Shown here: positions 18,701-26,896 of the stretch, one piece after another | Layout of the letters: each line of letters begins with the position of its first letter | Numbering within the stretch: the first letter of the stretch is position 1 | NCBI GenBank assembly: GCA_965112635.1 | Contig: OZ218778.1 | Location: 2,510,966 to 2,574,965, forward strand | Source of the DNA: an uncultured bacterium | GTDB taxonomy: Bacteria; Oederibacteriota; Oederibacteriia; Oederibacteriales; Oederibacteriaceae | Length of the DNA stretch: 64,000 nucleotides | Reading direction: 5' to 3' | Notes under the pieces: generated by a model | What the model saw: only the letters and a program-made list of their open reading frames with translations | What the model was told of the DNA's origin: nothing | Database searches by the model: none | Program-made: the position numbers and the translations under genes

Positions 18701-18888
18701 AACCATTCCTTGGAAAGATAGTCCGTAACCAGCCCGGCCCTGGAATGGAAAAACCCTCCGGAAAGGCCCACGGAGATCATGTCCGTCATTTGCCTGGCGG
18801 TCTCCCCTGTTTCCAGTTTGTCGTTGATGGACCAGAACGGCGCCGGCCTGAGGATCGTGTCGGGATTTTGGAACTTTTTGATATCCAT
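15793..18888 (-). CDS. Large cytoplasmic glycoside-hydrolase-like protein (1031 aa). It is possibly a GH106-like alpha-L-rhamnosidase, but the family assignment is tentative.
   Basis: There is no signal peptide. The N-terminus (PAPFWSINDKL...ARQMTDMISVGLSGGFFHSRAGLVTDYLS) resembles the N-terminal region of large rhamnosidase-type GHs formerly annotated as GH2 sugar-binding. The genomic context is rhamnose-related. Confidence 0.45.
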   Translation of the reverse strand: MDIKKFQNPDTILRPAPFWSINDKLETGETARQMTDMISVGLSGGFFHSRAGLVTDYLSKEWFDNMRAALKAAKEHDGYLWLYDEDRWPSGNAGGLIAGTKDEYRTALLDAYLLAPGVPLPRSQKDQELRMVYAIEKRSGKDLFKYRAVAVKQAGKIQKEERLVLIRRYDSKGAWWNGESYANLLNPEAMREFIRMTHDVYAKEFQEEFGKRIPGIFTDEPQIWQTDHSLPWYEGLPQVYRKWNRRNFWNDLPYMFFDGKGARHIRLLMHRAILRQFTEAYSKPIFEWCEKHGLEHTGHYNAEESFTSQIRCHCGGVMAHYRFQHAPGIDHLCRKVDGLLLTVKQVSSAARQLGRKRVLTEIFGVSRHTNTFQDFKWLGDYDLVLGATFFCPHLSWYTAKGRAKRDYPPVWNYQQTYWKELNPLNDYFTRVHYALTCGKPGAHVLLLHPIESATSDHRFGVATRTEYFQPKATPVNPPLEDLSDAQRLDEQYRKLVEATLNAGFDCDLGDEGYIQDLGSVKKGKFVVGKMAYEVVVVPPSVTWRPSTFRLLQKFVSQGGQLIFSGELPLDIEGEPAMEKWRGLASQPGVRTMSSSIENLQAAMNETVPQKFRLAGLDGKSVPQTYVHAREDGNNLILFIVNSDRIHDMHYSLVLKNGAKKVTALDPLSGTARQMESQRKGKDSEVLFTLPPCGSLLVSTGNIPQARPVKGLGLPAQTKQVALPKLWEHRRLDANVLVMDRLEASFDHGQTWTARDLEFRIREKVAKHFGTEDALWWQPWVVIRKGLFKDSTGPLTLRYKFTSDVANPRSAFLVIEDLNKGFLKVNGVPVPAKTGAWHWDRGFGKVDISRLVRKGGNVAEFSVQYNILTQVEAAYVVGDFGVELAGPYEGKIVEETKRLEFGSWVRQTYPFYSGRMVYSTPFHVRKKAKTWLRLNQPSGILFKVRVNGEEAGKILWQPYELELTPYLKDGENLLEIEVVSSLQNSWGPLHEKTGDDNQWCGPDGFEDERNIKDEFSLFNYGLLGGVELVQKA

Positions 18889-19034
18889 GATGAGTCCTTT
18901 CTACAATTCAGAATTAAACGCCATAACCCGGCAAAGATTGTTTGTTCTTGACCAGATGGATAATTAATAGCACAATTTTAAGCTACATAATAATGTAAAA
19001 TATCTTTGTTCTTCTTTGTAACTAGGGAGCAAAA

Positions 19035-19928
19035 ATGTCGGACAAAATTTCCGTTCTTCTGGACACGGATATCGGCAGTGACATTGACGACGCCGTAGCC
19101 TTATCCTACCTGCTCCGCCAGCCCCGCTGCGAACTGCTGGGCATCACCACGGTTTCGGGCGATACCCGCCAGCGCGCGGCCTGCGCCGAGATCCTCTGCG
19201 CTGAGGCGGGCCGGCTGGATATCCCCATCCACTGCGGCGCTGAACAGGTCTTGCTCCTCGGCCCCGGCCAGCCCGAAGTCCCCCAGTACCACGCCATCAA
19301 ACACCGGCCCCATCACCTGGACCGGCCTCTCCATACTGCCGTGGATTTCCTGAGAAAGACTATCCGCCAGCGACCAGGCGAGATCACCCTTTTGACCATC
19401 GGCCCTTTGACCAACATCGCCTTGCTTTTCGCCATGGACCCCGAGATCCCCTCCCTTTTGAAAAACCATGTGGCCATGGCCGGCGAATTTTTCGTCCAGT
19501 CAGAACGCCATTTCCGGGAGTGGAATATCCTGGTGGACCCCGTGGCCAGCGCCATGGTTTACTCCACGCCCCACAAGGATTTCACCAGCATCGGCCTGGA
19601 TGTCACCCTCCAATGCGCCCTGCCCGCTCCCGAGGTCAGGAAAAAGTTCCAGACCAAGCCCCTCAACATAGTTTTGGAAATGGCCCAGGTCTGGTTCCAA
19701 AAAGTTGACCGGGTCATCTTCCACGACCCCCTGGCCGCTGCGGTCATCTTTGAGCCCGGGCTGTGCCAGTATGAAACAGGCCGGGTCAAGGTCACCGTGG
19801 ACGCGGACCAGGAAAAGTCCGGGGCTACTTTATTTACTTCCCCTGCCTCGGGCCCTGTTTCCCACCGGGTGGCCAAAAGCGTGGACACCGCTAAATTCTT
19901 CAAGGAATATTTTGGAGTTTTCCAATGA
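19035..19928 (+). CDS. Inosine-uridine-preferring nucleoside hydrolase family protein
   Basis: The N-terminal motif VLLDTDIGSDIDDAVAL is the DxDxxxDD signature of nucleoside hydrolases. The product is 297 aa. Confidence 0.8.
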   Translation: MSDKISVLLDTDIGSDIDDAVALSYLLRQPRCELLGITTVSGDTRQRAACAEILCAEAGRLDIPIHCGAEQVLLLGPGQPEVPQYHAIKHRPHHLDRPLHTAVDFLRKTIRQRPGEITLLTIGPLTNIALLFAMDPEIPSLLKNHVAMAGEFFVQSERHFREWNILVDPVASAMVYSTPHKDFTSIGLDVTLQCALPAPEVRKKFQTKPLNIVLEMAQVWFQKVDRVIFHDPLAAAVIFEPGLCQYETGRVKVTVDADQEKSGATLFTSPASGPVSHRVAKSVDTAKFFKEYFGVFQ

Positions 19929-22030
19929 CCGAACAAGAACCCATCCCAGCCGAACAGCCCCATGAGCCCGAACAGCCTCAAGAGCCCGAGCAGCCCGCTC
20001 CACCCCCGCTGCCTCCTGTAAAAAAGAATAAACTCCGTTTTTACCTTATTGTTCTTGGGATCGCCCTGGTCCCCCTTATCTTTTGGGTCGTCCAGTTTTT
20101 CAGGCAGGATTCCGGCCCCATCACCAACCAGTCCGTGCTAAAACCTTTGGCTTACCAGCCCCTGCCTGTGGGCTCTATCAAGCCCAAGGGTTGGCTTCTC
20201 CATCAGCTCAAGGTCCAGGCCCAGGGCCTGTCCGGCCACTTGGACGAATTCTGGCCGGATATAGCTCAAAGCGGCTGGATAGGCGGCAAAGCCGAGGGCT
20301 GGGAGCGCGGCCCCTACTGGCTCGACGGCGTGGTCCCCCTGGCGGTCCTGACCGATGACAGCGGTCTCAAGAAAAAGGTTAAATACTGGTTCAATTACAT
20401 TCTGGAACACCAGGCCAGCGACGGCTGGCTCGGCCCGGACAACAGCCCCTGCGCCACGGGTTCCCTCGGCCGGCCTCCGGAATTCCGCGACCCCTGGCCC
20501 CAGTTCGTCATCCTCAAGGCTATGGCGCAGTATCAGGAGGCTTTTGGCGACAAACGCGTCATCCCGGCCATGATGGACGACCTGCACTGCCTGAACGACC
20601 AGCTCGACCACCGCCCGTTGTTTGGCTGGAACTTTTTCCGCTGGGGCGACCTGCTCCCCACCCTCTACTGGCTTTACCAAAAGACTTCCGACCCCTGGCT
20701 TTTGGACTTCGGCCGCAAGGCCGCCAGCCAGGGCTATGACTGGGACAAGCATTTCGCCGACCTGCCAGTAAAAGACAAGTCCGTCCAATGGACCTGGGAG
20801 GGCCATGTGGTCAACACAGCCATGGGACTGAAAACTCCCGGGTGGATGTATATCTTCACCGGCGAGAACCGGCACAGAAAAGCGGTCAGCCAGGCCTTTG
20901 AGGCCCTGGACCGTTATCACGGAGAGCCTTCGGGCCTGTTTAGCGGCGACGAATGCCTGGCCGGCCGCTCCCCCTCGCAGGGCACCGAGCTTTGCGCCGT
21001 GGCTGAGACCATGTTCTCCCTGGAGACCCTCCTGTCCGCCCTCGGCGACCTGTCCCTGGCGGACCGGCTGGAAAAGATCGCCTTTAACGCCCTGCCCTGC
21101 TATTTCACCCCGGACTACTGGGGCCACCAGTATGACGACCAGCCCAATCAGGTGGTCTGTCAGTGGACGCCCCGGCCAATCTACACCACCAACAACGGCG
21201 AAGCCAACCTCTACGGCCTGGAACCGCACTACGGCTGCTGCACGGCCAACATGCACCAGGCCTGGCCCAAGTTCACGACCCACCTGTGGATGGCCACCCC
21301 GGACAGCGGTCTGGTTTGCCTGGCCTATTCCCCCTGTTCCGTGGAAACCGAGGTCAACGGCGTCAAGGCGTCCATCCTGGAACAGACGGACTATCCTTTT
21401 GACGAACTGCTGAATTTCCAGATCACCGTGGCCGGAGACGCGGCCATCCCCATCTATTTCCGTGTGCCCTCCTGGACCGACAAGGCCACCCTGAAACTCC
21501 CGGACGGAAAAATCGAAAATCTAAGGCCAGGCTCCCTGCATCAGGTCATCTGGCAATGGCACGGCACCCAGACCCTCGTGATGGAACTTCCCATGTCCAT
21601 CCGGGTGGAAAAAGGTTACAACAACGCCGTGACGCTTGTCCGCGGTCCTCTCATCTATTCCCTACCCATCCGAGAGCAATGGAAAGCCGTCCAGGCCTAT
21701 CCTTACCAGCCCAAGGAGGGTAAAAAATATTACTGGCAGGTGTTCCCCCAAAGCCCCTGGAATTACGCCCTGGTCATGAACGAAGGGCACCCTGACAAGA
21801 CAGCGACATTTTTACGCGGGAAAATGAACGAGGACCCTTTTACGGCGGAGAACACTACGGGAAGGATCATGGTGCACGGCAGGAAGGTCGATTACTGGGT
21901 CATTGATTCCGGCGCGGCTGCCCCGCCGCCTGCAAGCCCGGCTAGGACCAGCCAGCCTTTGGAGGATTTGCAACTCGTGCCCTACGGCGCCAGCCGCCTC
22001 CGGGTTACGGAATTCCCGGTATTGGAATAA
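19925..22030 (+). CDS. Membrane-anchored six-hairpin glycosidase-like protein (DUF1680/GH127-like, tentative) with a Pro/Glu-rich N-terminal tail
   Basis: The ATG at 19925 overlaps the upstream stop. The N-terminus is an EQPHEPEQPQEPEQPAPPPLPP repeat followed by one transmembrane helix (FYLIVLGIALVPLIFWVVQFF). The luminal domain has GH127-like segments (QASDGWLGP, W..G..EGWERGPYWLDG). Confidence 0.45.
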   Translation: MTEQEPIPAEQPHEPEQPQEPEQPAPPPLPPVKKNKLRFYLIVLGIALVPLIFWVVQFFRQDSGPITNQSVLKPLAYQPLPVGSIKPKGWLLHQLKVQAQGLSGHLDEFWPDIAQSGWIGGKAEGWERGPYWLDGVVPLAVLTDDSGLKKKVKYWFNYILEHQASDGWLGPDNSPCATGSLGRPPEFRDPWPQFVILKAMAQYQEAFGDKRVIPAMMDDLHCLNDQLDHRPLFGWNFFRWGDLLPTLYWLYQKTSDPWLLDFGRKAASQGYDWDKHFADLPVKDKSVQWTWEGHVVNTAMGLKTPGWMYIFTGENRHRKAVSQAFEALDRYHGEPSGLFSGDECLAGRSPSQGTELCAVAETMFSLETLLSALGDLSLADRLEKIAFNALPCYFTPDYWGHQYDDQPNQVVCQWTPRPIYTTNNGEANLYGLEPHYGCCTANMHQAWPKFTTHLWMATPDSGLVCLAYSPCSVETEVNGVKASILEQTDYPFDELLNFQITVAGDAAIPIYFRVPSWTDKATLKLPDGKIENLRPGSLHQVIWQWHGTQTLVMELPMSIRVEKGYNNAVTLVRGPLIYSLPIREQWKAVQAYPYQPKEGKKYYWQVFPQSPWNYALVMNEGHPDKTATFLRGKMNEDPFTAENTTGRIMVHGRKVDYWVIDSGAAAPPPASPARTSQPLEDLQLVPYGASRLRVTEFPVLE

Positions 22031-22060
22031 GATGGCCTAGGGCTCACCGAAGGCGGCCCT

Positions 22061-22339
22061 TCAAAACTCAACCCCAAAATCCGTAAAACTACCCTGATAG
22101 GGTTCCCAGACAATATTAACATCCGTCACCCGGCTCATGGGCGGGCCTGTCTTCAGTTCGTTGACATACTCCTCTATATTACTTTTACCACCCTCTACCA
22201 CAGTTTCCACATTGCCGTCTGGAAGATTCATCACATACCCCCTCAACTCCTGCTTTCTCGCCTTTTCCTCCGCGAAATAACGGTAGCCCACCCCCTGCAC
22301 CCTGCCTTTGATAGTGATCCTTGCCCTTGCGTCAGCCAT
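22061..22339 (-). CDS. acyP: Acylphosphatase
   Basis: A 92-aa product with the acylphosphatase signature ITIKGRVQGVGYRYF. Confidence 0.85.
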   Translation of the reverse strand: MADARARITIKGRVQGVGYRYFAEEKARKQELRGYVMNLPDGNVETVVEGGKSNIEEYVNELKTGPPMSRVTDVNIVWEPYQGSFTDFGVEF

Positions 22340-22431
22340 CGCTTGCCCCTTCCATCATCTGGTCATCCCCCTTGCACTGGGCGACAGCTTTAGCTGGAGC
22401 CCAGCCCGTAGCCCCAAAGGGCGGAGGTGCA

Positions 22432-22470
22432 TTTCACATGCTCATCTTAAAACTTTATGGGCATGTGAAA
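22432..22470. repeat. Perfect 10-bp inverted repeat (TTTCACATGC ... GCATGTGAAA) with a 19-nt spacer, in the intergenic region
   Basis: I read it directly from the sequence. It lies right after the stop of the minus-strand gene at 22474-23277 and upstream of acyP. No U-tract follows it on either strand. Confidence 0.5.
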
Positions 22471-22473
22471 ATA

Positions 22474-23277
22474 CTACTTGTTCATTCCCCACATTACTAT
22501 AACCGGAACGCCTTTCTTATCCTTGGAAACGGACGCCTGGCCGTCTATCCCGGCATTCCCGCATTTGATCAGATAATTGCCGTCCTTGGCCTGCATGGCG
22601 GCGCAAGCCCAGCCTTTGGCCTTCATATTATCCATGAGCATGCTCTTGACCGCCTCCCGCGACCCCTTACCCTGATACACCACGGCAAACGCCTGTTTTG
22701 TCCCTATTGTTTGCTGTTCGGAAAATATCCGTTTGAAATATTTTTCCGCCAAAAGCGGGCTTAAGCTCGCCGTGGGTCTGGCTTTGGCCAAGCCATTCAC
22801 AGTGCCCGCGATTTCCATGGTAGCCAGATAGCTTGTGCCGGTGGTTTTGGAGAACGCTCCCACCAAAAAGACTTTCCCGCCTTTTTTAAATCCTCCCAGA
22901 CTGAGCGAACCCGGCTTGACCTTCCTTGTACTCTTGTTCAATCCCAGCAATGCTTTGAGGCTGTCCGGACGGCATTTGTCCTGCCAACCGTTCTGCCCTG
23001 CCCTGAGTTTGTAGTACTGCAGCACTTGGTTAGGAGACATTCTGGTCTTATAAATGGTCATGGGGCTGGCTGAGCCGTTTATGGCAATTATTTGTTGGCC
23101 CAAATACTCTGCCCCTGCTGGCGCGGGCAAGGCATTGCCAAGAGCCACATCCCTGGTCTCCAGAACTTTGGCCTGGAACCCAGTTGGGAACAAGAAACCC
23201 TTTAAAAAAGCCAGCACACCCAGGCCCAGCACGATTAAAATCTTTTTTTTCAGCGACATATGTCTTTTTCTCCCCAA
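22474..23277 (-). CDS. Hypothetical exported protein (267 aa)
   Basis: Signal-peptide-like N-terminus (KKKILIVLGLGVLAFL). I recognise no family. Confidence 0.5.
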   Translation of the reverse strand: MGRKRHMSLKKKILIVLGLGVLAFLKGFLFPTGFQAKVLETRDVALGNALPAPAGAEYLGQQIIAINGSASPMTIYKTRMSPNQVLQYYKLRAGQNGWQDKCRPDSLKALLGLNKSTRKVKPGSLSLGGFKKGGKVFLVGAFSKTTGTSYLATMEIAGTVNGLAKARPTASLSPLLAEKYFKRIFSEQQTIGTKQAFAVVYQGKGSREAVKSMLMDNMKAKGWACAAMQAKDGNYLIKCGNAGIDGQASVSKDKKGVPVIVMWGMNK

Positions 23278-23305
23278 AAGGCCCCTTTAAAATATTGGGG
23301 CTATC

Positions 23306-23752
23306 TCACTGCTTCATAATGACGCAGTCTTCCTTGAAAATGATCAAGTTGCCGGCCACGCTGTTCAGCAAAAAAGGCAGGCCTTCCCTGTAGGAGACCT
23401 CCACCCTGTATCCGGTAAGGTCCATCCCGAGGATGCCGAGGATATCCATGACTTCCGAAAGATCAGGGCCCAGGGTGCTGGTCACGGACACGCTGAGGTT
23501 ACCGGGGTTCATTCCCATAGCGCCTCCGCACACATTCTGCCTCAGCCAGTATTCGATCTGCGGCACGCTGGCTCCTCTGGCGTATTGCACGGCCGCTTCT
23601 CTCGCGGCCATGGTCAGCCGGGTCTTATGGACCAACAAAGAGCCCGTCCATACCACAATGACCAGGAACAAGGCGAGGAACGGGAAAATGATGACGGTTT
23701 CCATGAGCGCCTGGCCTTTCTGGCCCCTGATGCGGGATTTATTAGTGGGCAA
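23306..23752 (-). CDS. TadE-like pilus assembly protein (Flp/Tad pseudopilin)
   Basis: The N-terminal GQALMETVIIFPFLALFLVIV has the TadE-like prepilin-type hydrophobic segment with Glu at position +5. Confidence 0.65.
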   Translation of the reverse strand: MPTNKSRIRGQKGQALMETVIIFPFLALFLVIVVWTGSLLVHKTRLTMAAREAAVQYARGASVPQIEYWLRQNVCGGAMGMNPGNLSVSVTSTLGPDLSEVMDILGILGMDLTGYRVEVSYREGLPFLLNSVAGNLIIFKEDCVIMKQ

Positions 23753-24701
23753 TATTGGCCACCCCCGCTTTGTTCAGTACATTTATGATGGAGCTAAGCT
23801 CCGGGACGACTAGATCCTCCAGCATAAAAGGCTGGAAAAACGCCGAGTAAAACTTGTAGGGATTGGTTGGGTCCAGGTCCACCGGAGCAAGGGTCCCGCC
23901 GCCTATGCCGGCTTCGGACACCGCGTACATCTGGTCATACATCTTGCCCAAACCAAACAGCCCGAAGGACATGGGCCAGGACTGCTGCGGCTGGGTGCAA
24001 AATACCGCCACGCGGTGGTCCGTGACAGTCTCCACGATAAGGGCATCGCCGTTCTCTTTTTTCGGAGGGTTTTCCCTCACATAGATATAGGACATCCCGC
24101 CCTCTCCGACGCCTCTATAATGCCACCTGCCTCTCCTGTCCTGCGAACATTCGTCCTCGCTCACAGTCACGCGGGGTGAGCCGTCCTTGGGCTGGTAGGA
24201 AAACGTTCTTTTTCCAGTGTCCTGGCCAAAAATGGAATCGACCAAGGTCAAGCGGTCCACGGCCAAGGAAGGGTTCAAAACTTCGCCGTTGATGGCCACG
24301 ATGGGAGACGGCGGGACATTCACCAGGTGCTGGCAACCGTTTTCTTGGGCGATGTACAGGGCCTCCAGTTGGATCAGTCTGGGCCCCAGATTCATGATGA
24401 TATCTTGGGGAATACCAAACAATTTCCTGACATTCGGGTCAATCCCCGTGTCCAAAAAAACTCCCGTGTCAGATGCCCAGGCTACGCAATAGGCCGTGTT
24501 CAAAATTTTTAGTCCATTCAAACATTTGGCGTATACTTCCGCCCCGCTCAGGGCGGCCGCGTCGCAGCTGTTCTGCAGTTTTATCCTGTTCCTCACAGCC
24601 ACCCCGGCGTTGACCATAAAGGCAAGGAAAATAAAAAGGGTGGGTATGAGGAGCAGGAGGAGGACCAGGACCTGGCCTTTGTTTTTTTTCTTTTTCATCG
24701 G
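23742..24701 (-). CDS. TadE/TadG-like Tad pilus protein
   Basis: The start at MKKKKNKGQVLVLLLLLIPTLFIFLAFMVNAG is a TadG-like N-terminal hydrophobic segment. The gene overlaps its neighbours by a few nt, consistent with an operon. Confidence 0.5.
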   Translation of the reverse strand, partial: PMKKKKNKGQVLVLLLLLIPTLFIFLAFMVNAGVAVRNRIKLQNSCDAAALSGAEVYAKCLNGLKILNTAYCVAWASDTGVFLDTGIDPNVRKLFGIPQDIIMNLGPRLIQLEALYIAQENGCQHLVNVPPSPIVAINGEVLNPSLAVDRLTLVDSIFGQDTGKRTFSYQPKDGSPRVTVSEDECSQDRRGRWHYRGVGEGGMSYIYVRENPPKKENGDALIVETVTDHRVAVFCTQPQQSWPMSFGLFGLGKMYDQMYAVSEAGIGGGTLAPVDLDPTNPYKFYSAFFQPFMLEDLVVPELSSIINVLNKAGVANIAH

Positions 24702-25150
24702 AACATCTCCATCGGCATGCTCCAGGAGCTGTGGAAGGGCAAAGCGGGTTTGCCCCATATATTTATTTTTGCAGGATCGCTGTTGAGCAGTATCACCCGG
24801 TCAACCAGCGGGAAGACTAGGGGCTCATAATAGATGATATCCACATTGACCCCGTAAAAATTGGGTGTCGCCAGGGACGCGGTGGCAAAGGGAACCTTGA
24901 CCCAGTTTGCGGAAAGGAACGGATAGGACGACCGCATGACCCCTGCGGCAGCCTGGTGAGCGATCCACTGCGGGTCTTCGTAATGCACGCAAGCGGACCT
25001 GGCCCCCATATAGGCCGCGTAATCCACCAGGAATTTGGTCTTGAACAGCATCACAATTTGCATCAGGCAAAAGATAAAGAGCAGGACCAGCGGCAGTATG
25101 ATGGCCAGCTCCACGGTGGCCTGGCCCTTTGGGGCCCTGGGTAATCTCAT
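24695..25150 (-). CDS. TadE-like pilus assembly protein
   Basis: With the start at MRLPRAPKGQATVELAIILPLVLLFIF, the product has the typical TadE N-terminus. I trimmed the longer ORF because it overlaps lnt. Confidence 0.6.
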   Translation of the reverse strand: MRLPRAPKGQATVELAIILPLVLLFIFCLMQIVMLFKTKFLVDYAAYMGARSACVHYEDPQWIAHQAAAGVMRSSYPFLSANWVKVPFATASLATPNFYGVNVDIIYYEPLVFPLVDRVILLNSDPAKINIWGKPALPFHSSWSMPMEMFR

Positions 25151-26589
25151 GCGCCCGCCTCCCTTTTTTTGCGGATAAACCATTCCACGAGCATCCAGCC
25201 CAGGCACAAAACGCACAGCTTCAGGCAGCAGGGCGCGAACAACCAGCCCCAACGGCTGTAAAAAGTGCCGCCTGTCCGCATATAGGCCGTGCCCACCAGC
25301 ACCCCTTCCTGGTCCAAAGGCATGGCGTTTTGGATCTCTCCCAAGGGGTCAATGATCTGGGACACTCCGGATGAGGCGGCCCGGACCAGCCACAAGCCTG
25401 ATTCCACGGCCCGCATAGGGGACATGGCCGAATGCTGGAGGCGCTGGACATCGCCCCAGTCCGAAGGGTCCAGATTGGGGTCAACCAAAAGCTGGGCTCC
25501 GTCCCTGACCAGCTTGCGGGTGCCGTTCTCAAAATCCAGGTCATAACATATCTGGATGCCCAGCTTGCCCAGGCTGGTCTCTAGCGGCCTGGGATCACGG
25601 TTGGGAGGCAGGGGCCTTTCCACATAGGGGATGGGATGCTGCTTGTCGTAGCGCCCGATCAATTTCCCTGCAGGCGACAGGGCCCAGACAAAATTCTGCC
25701 ATCTCCCCTTTTTCAGGTCTTCGGACACGATATTGCACCCGACCAGGGTAATGGCCTTGGTCCCTCTAAGGCTCCGGCTCAATAATTTGAAATAGGCGTT
25801 TTCCTGTCCGGGCTGGATGGGAAAAGCGTCCTCGTGCCACACGCACAGGTCTGCGTTTCGTGCCGCCGGAATGAGGCTTAGCCTAGCCAGGGTTTCCAGG
25901 GTGCAAGACTCGCTTTGCACCAGGGCCACGGTCACAGGCTTGCCGTCTTTGGTCAGGAAATGGGACATTCGGTACCCCCCCCAGAACCAGGCCACGGCCA
26001 GCAAAAGCAGGGGCAGCAAAAGGCCCAGCAGAGACTTTTTGCGGCACAGGACCAAACTCACGCCGGCATTGACCCAGACCACTAGAGCGGACAGGCCGTA
26101 AATGCCCAGGATGCTTGCGGACTGCCGGATGTTGCTGTTCACGGACTGGCTGAATCCCAGGCTCATCCAGGAATTATTGAGCCACCAGACCTCTGACCTG
26201 AAAAATTCCAGCCCTGTCCAAAACAAGCCGGCCAGCAGCACCCAGACAAACCTGCGGTCCTTTCCCTGTATAAAACGCTGGTCCCAGGCCCAGGCTAGCA
26301 GCATCATGTGCAGGGCCATGAAAATGGCCAGGACGCACCAAAAGGCGACGGCCACGACCCCAAACAGCTTGAGGAACCAGTTGAGCGACAGGCCGTAAAA
26401 GACCAGGCCAGCCACGGCTCCCAGGTTGGCTGCCGGGCGGATGCCCTGGCTGTGCAGCACAGCGTAAATAAGGGGGACCAGGGCCACCCAGATGATGGGA
26501 CAGGTGGGATAGGGAGGGAAAGACAGGAAAAGCAGGACGCCGGACAGGACAGCCAGCAACCACGGAAATACTCTGGAAAATATTTTCAA
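25147..26589 (-). CDS. lnt: Apolipoprotein N-acyltransferase (Lnt)
   Basis: A 480-aa product with an N-terminal multi-transmembrane region and a C-terminal CN-hydrolase domain (catalytic Cys context GIQICYDLDFE). Confidence 0.85.
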   Translation of the reverse strand: MKIFSRVFPWLLAVLSGVLLFLSFPPYPTCPIIWVALVPLIYAVLHSQGIRPAANLGAVAGLVFYGLSLNWFLKLFGVVAVAFWCVLAIFMALHMMLLAWAWDQRFIQGKDRRFVWVLLAGLFWTGLEFFRSEVWWLNNSWMSLGFSQSVNSNIRQSASILGIYGLSALVVWVNAGVSLVLCRKKSLLGLLLPLLLLAVAWFWGGYRMSHFLTKDGKPVTVALVQSESCTLETLARLSLIPAARNADLCVWHEDAFPIQPGQENAYFKLLSRSLRGTKAITLVGCNIVSEDLKKGRWQNFVWALSPAGKLIGRYDKQHPIPYVERPLPPNRDPRPLETSLGKLGIQICYDLDFENGTRKLVRDGAQLLVDPNLDPSDWGDVQRLQHSAMSPMRAVESGLWLVRAASSGVSQIIDPLGEIQNAMPLDQEGVLVGTAYMRTGGTFYSRWGWLFAPCCLKLCVLCLGWMLVEWFIRKKREAGA

Positions 26590-26601
26590 AACTCTCCCCT
26601 T

Positions 26602-26862
26602 CTACTCCGCTCTAAATCTAAAATAGATGGTCAAACCCAAGAGGATCAATATAGACCTTATTATGATTACGACTGCAATATTTTCTGAGGGTATAGGCAT
26701 GGCCAGGCCAAGCAATACGAATATGACCAGCCCGATTATCCTGAACCGGCTGAGTACTCCCGTCGGCAAGAGCGCTCTTTTTTGCGGCGTCTTGCACTTC
26801 GGGCAGATGAGGGTCTGGCTGGATAGTTTCCCTCCGCATTTATAACAACGGGTCAATGCCAT
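26602..26862 (-). CDS. Small zinc-ribbon membrane protein (hypothetical)
   Basis: CxxC..CxxC (CYKCGG...CPKCKT) followed by two hydrophobic helices. Confidence 0.45.
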   Translation of the reverse strand: MALTRCYKCGGKLSSQTLICPKCKTPQKRALLPTGVLSRFRIIGLVIFVLLGLAMPIPSENIAVVIIIRSILILLGLTIYFRFRAE

Positions 26863-26896
26863 GGTCTTCCCTCCGATTCAATCCCCCTGCCCTGTC

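Noticed and set aside
22031-22060. Possible bidirectional terminator hairpin between the convergent GH127-like and acyP genes (agggc...gccct).
   Set aside because: It has only a 5-bp stem with a 12-nt loop and no U-tract, which is too weak to call.
24695-25252. Longer 185-aa version of the TadE-like ORF and the 338-aa version of the TadG-like ORF.
   Set aside because: The upstream extensions overlap neighbouring genes by more than 60 nt and lack TadE features. Internal starts (25150 and 24701) give canonical N-termini and minimal overlaps.
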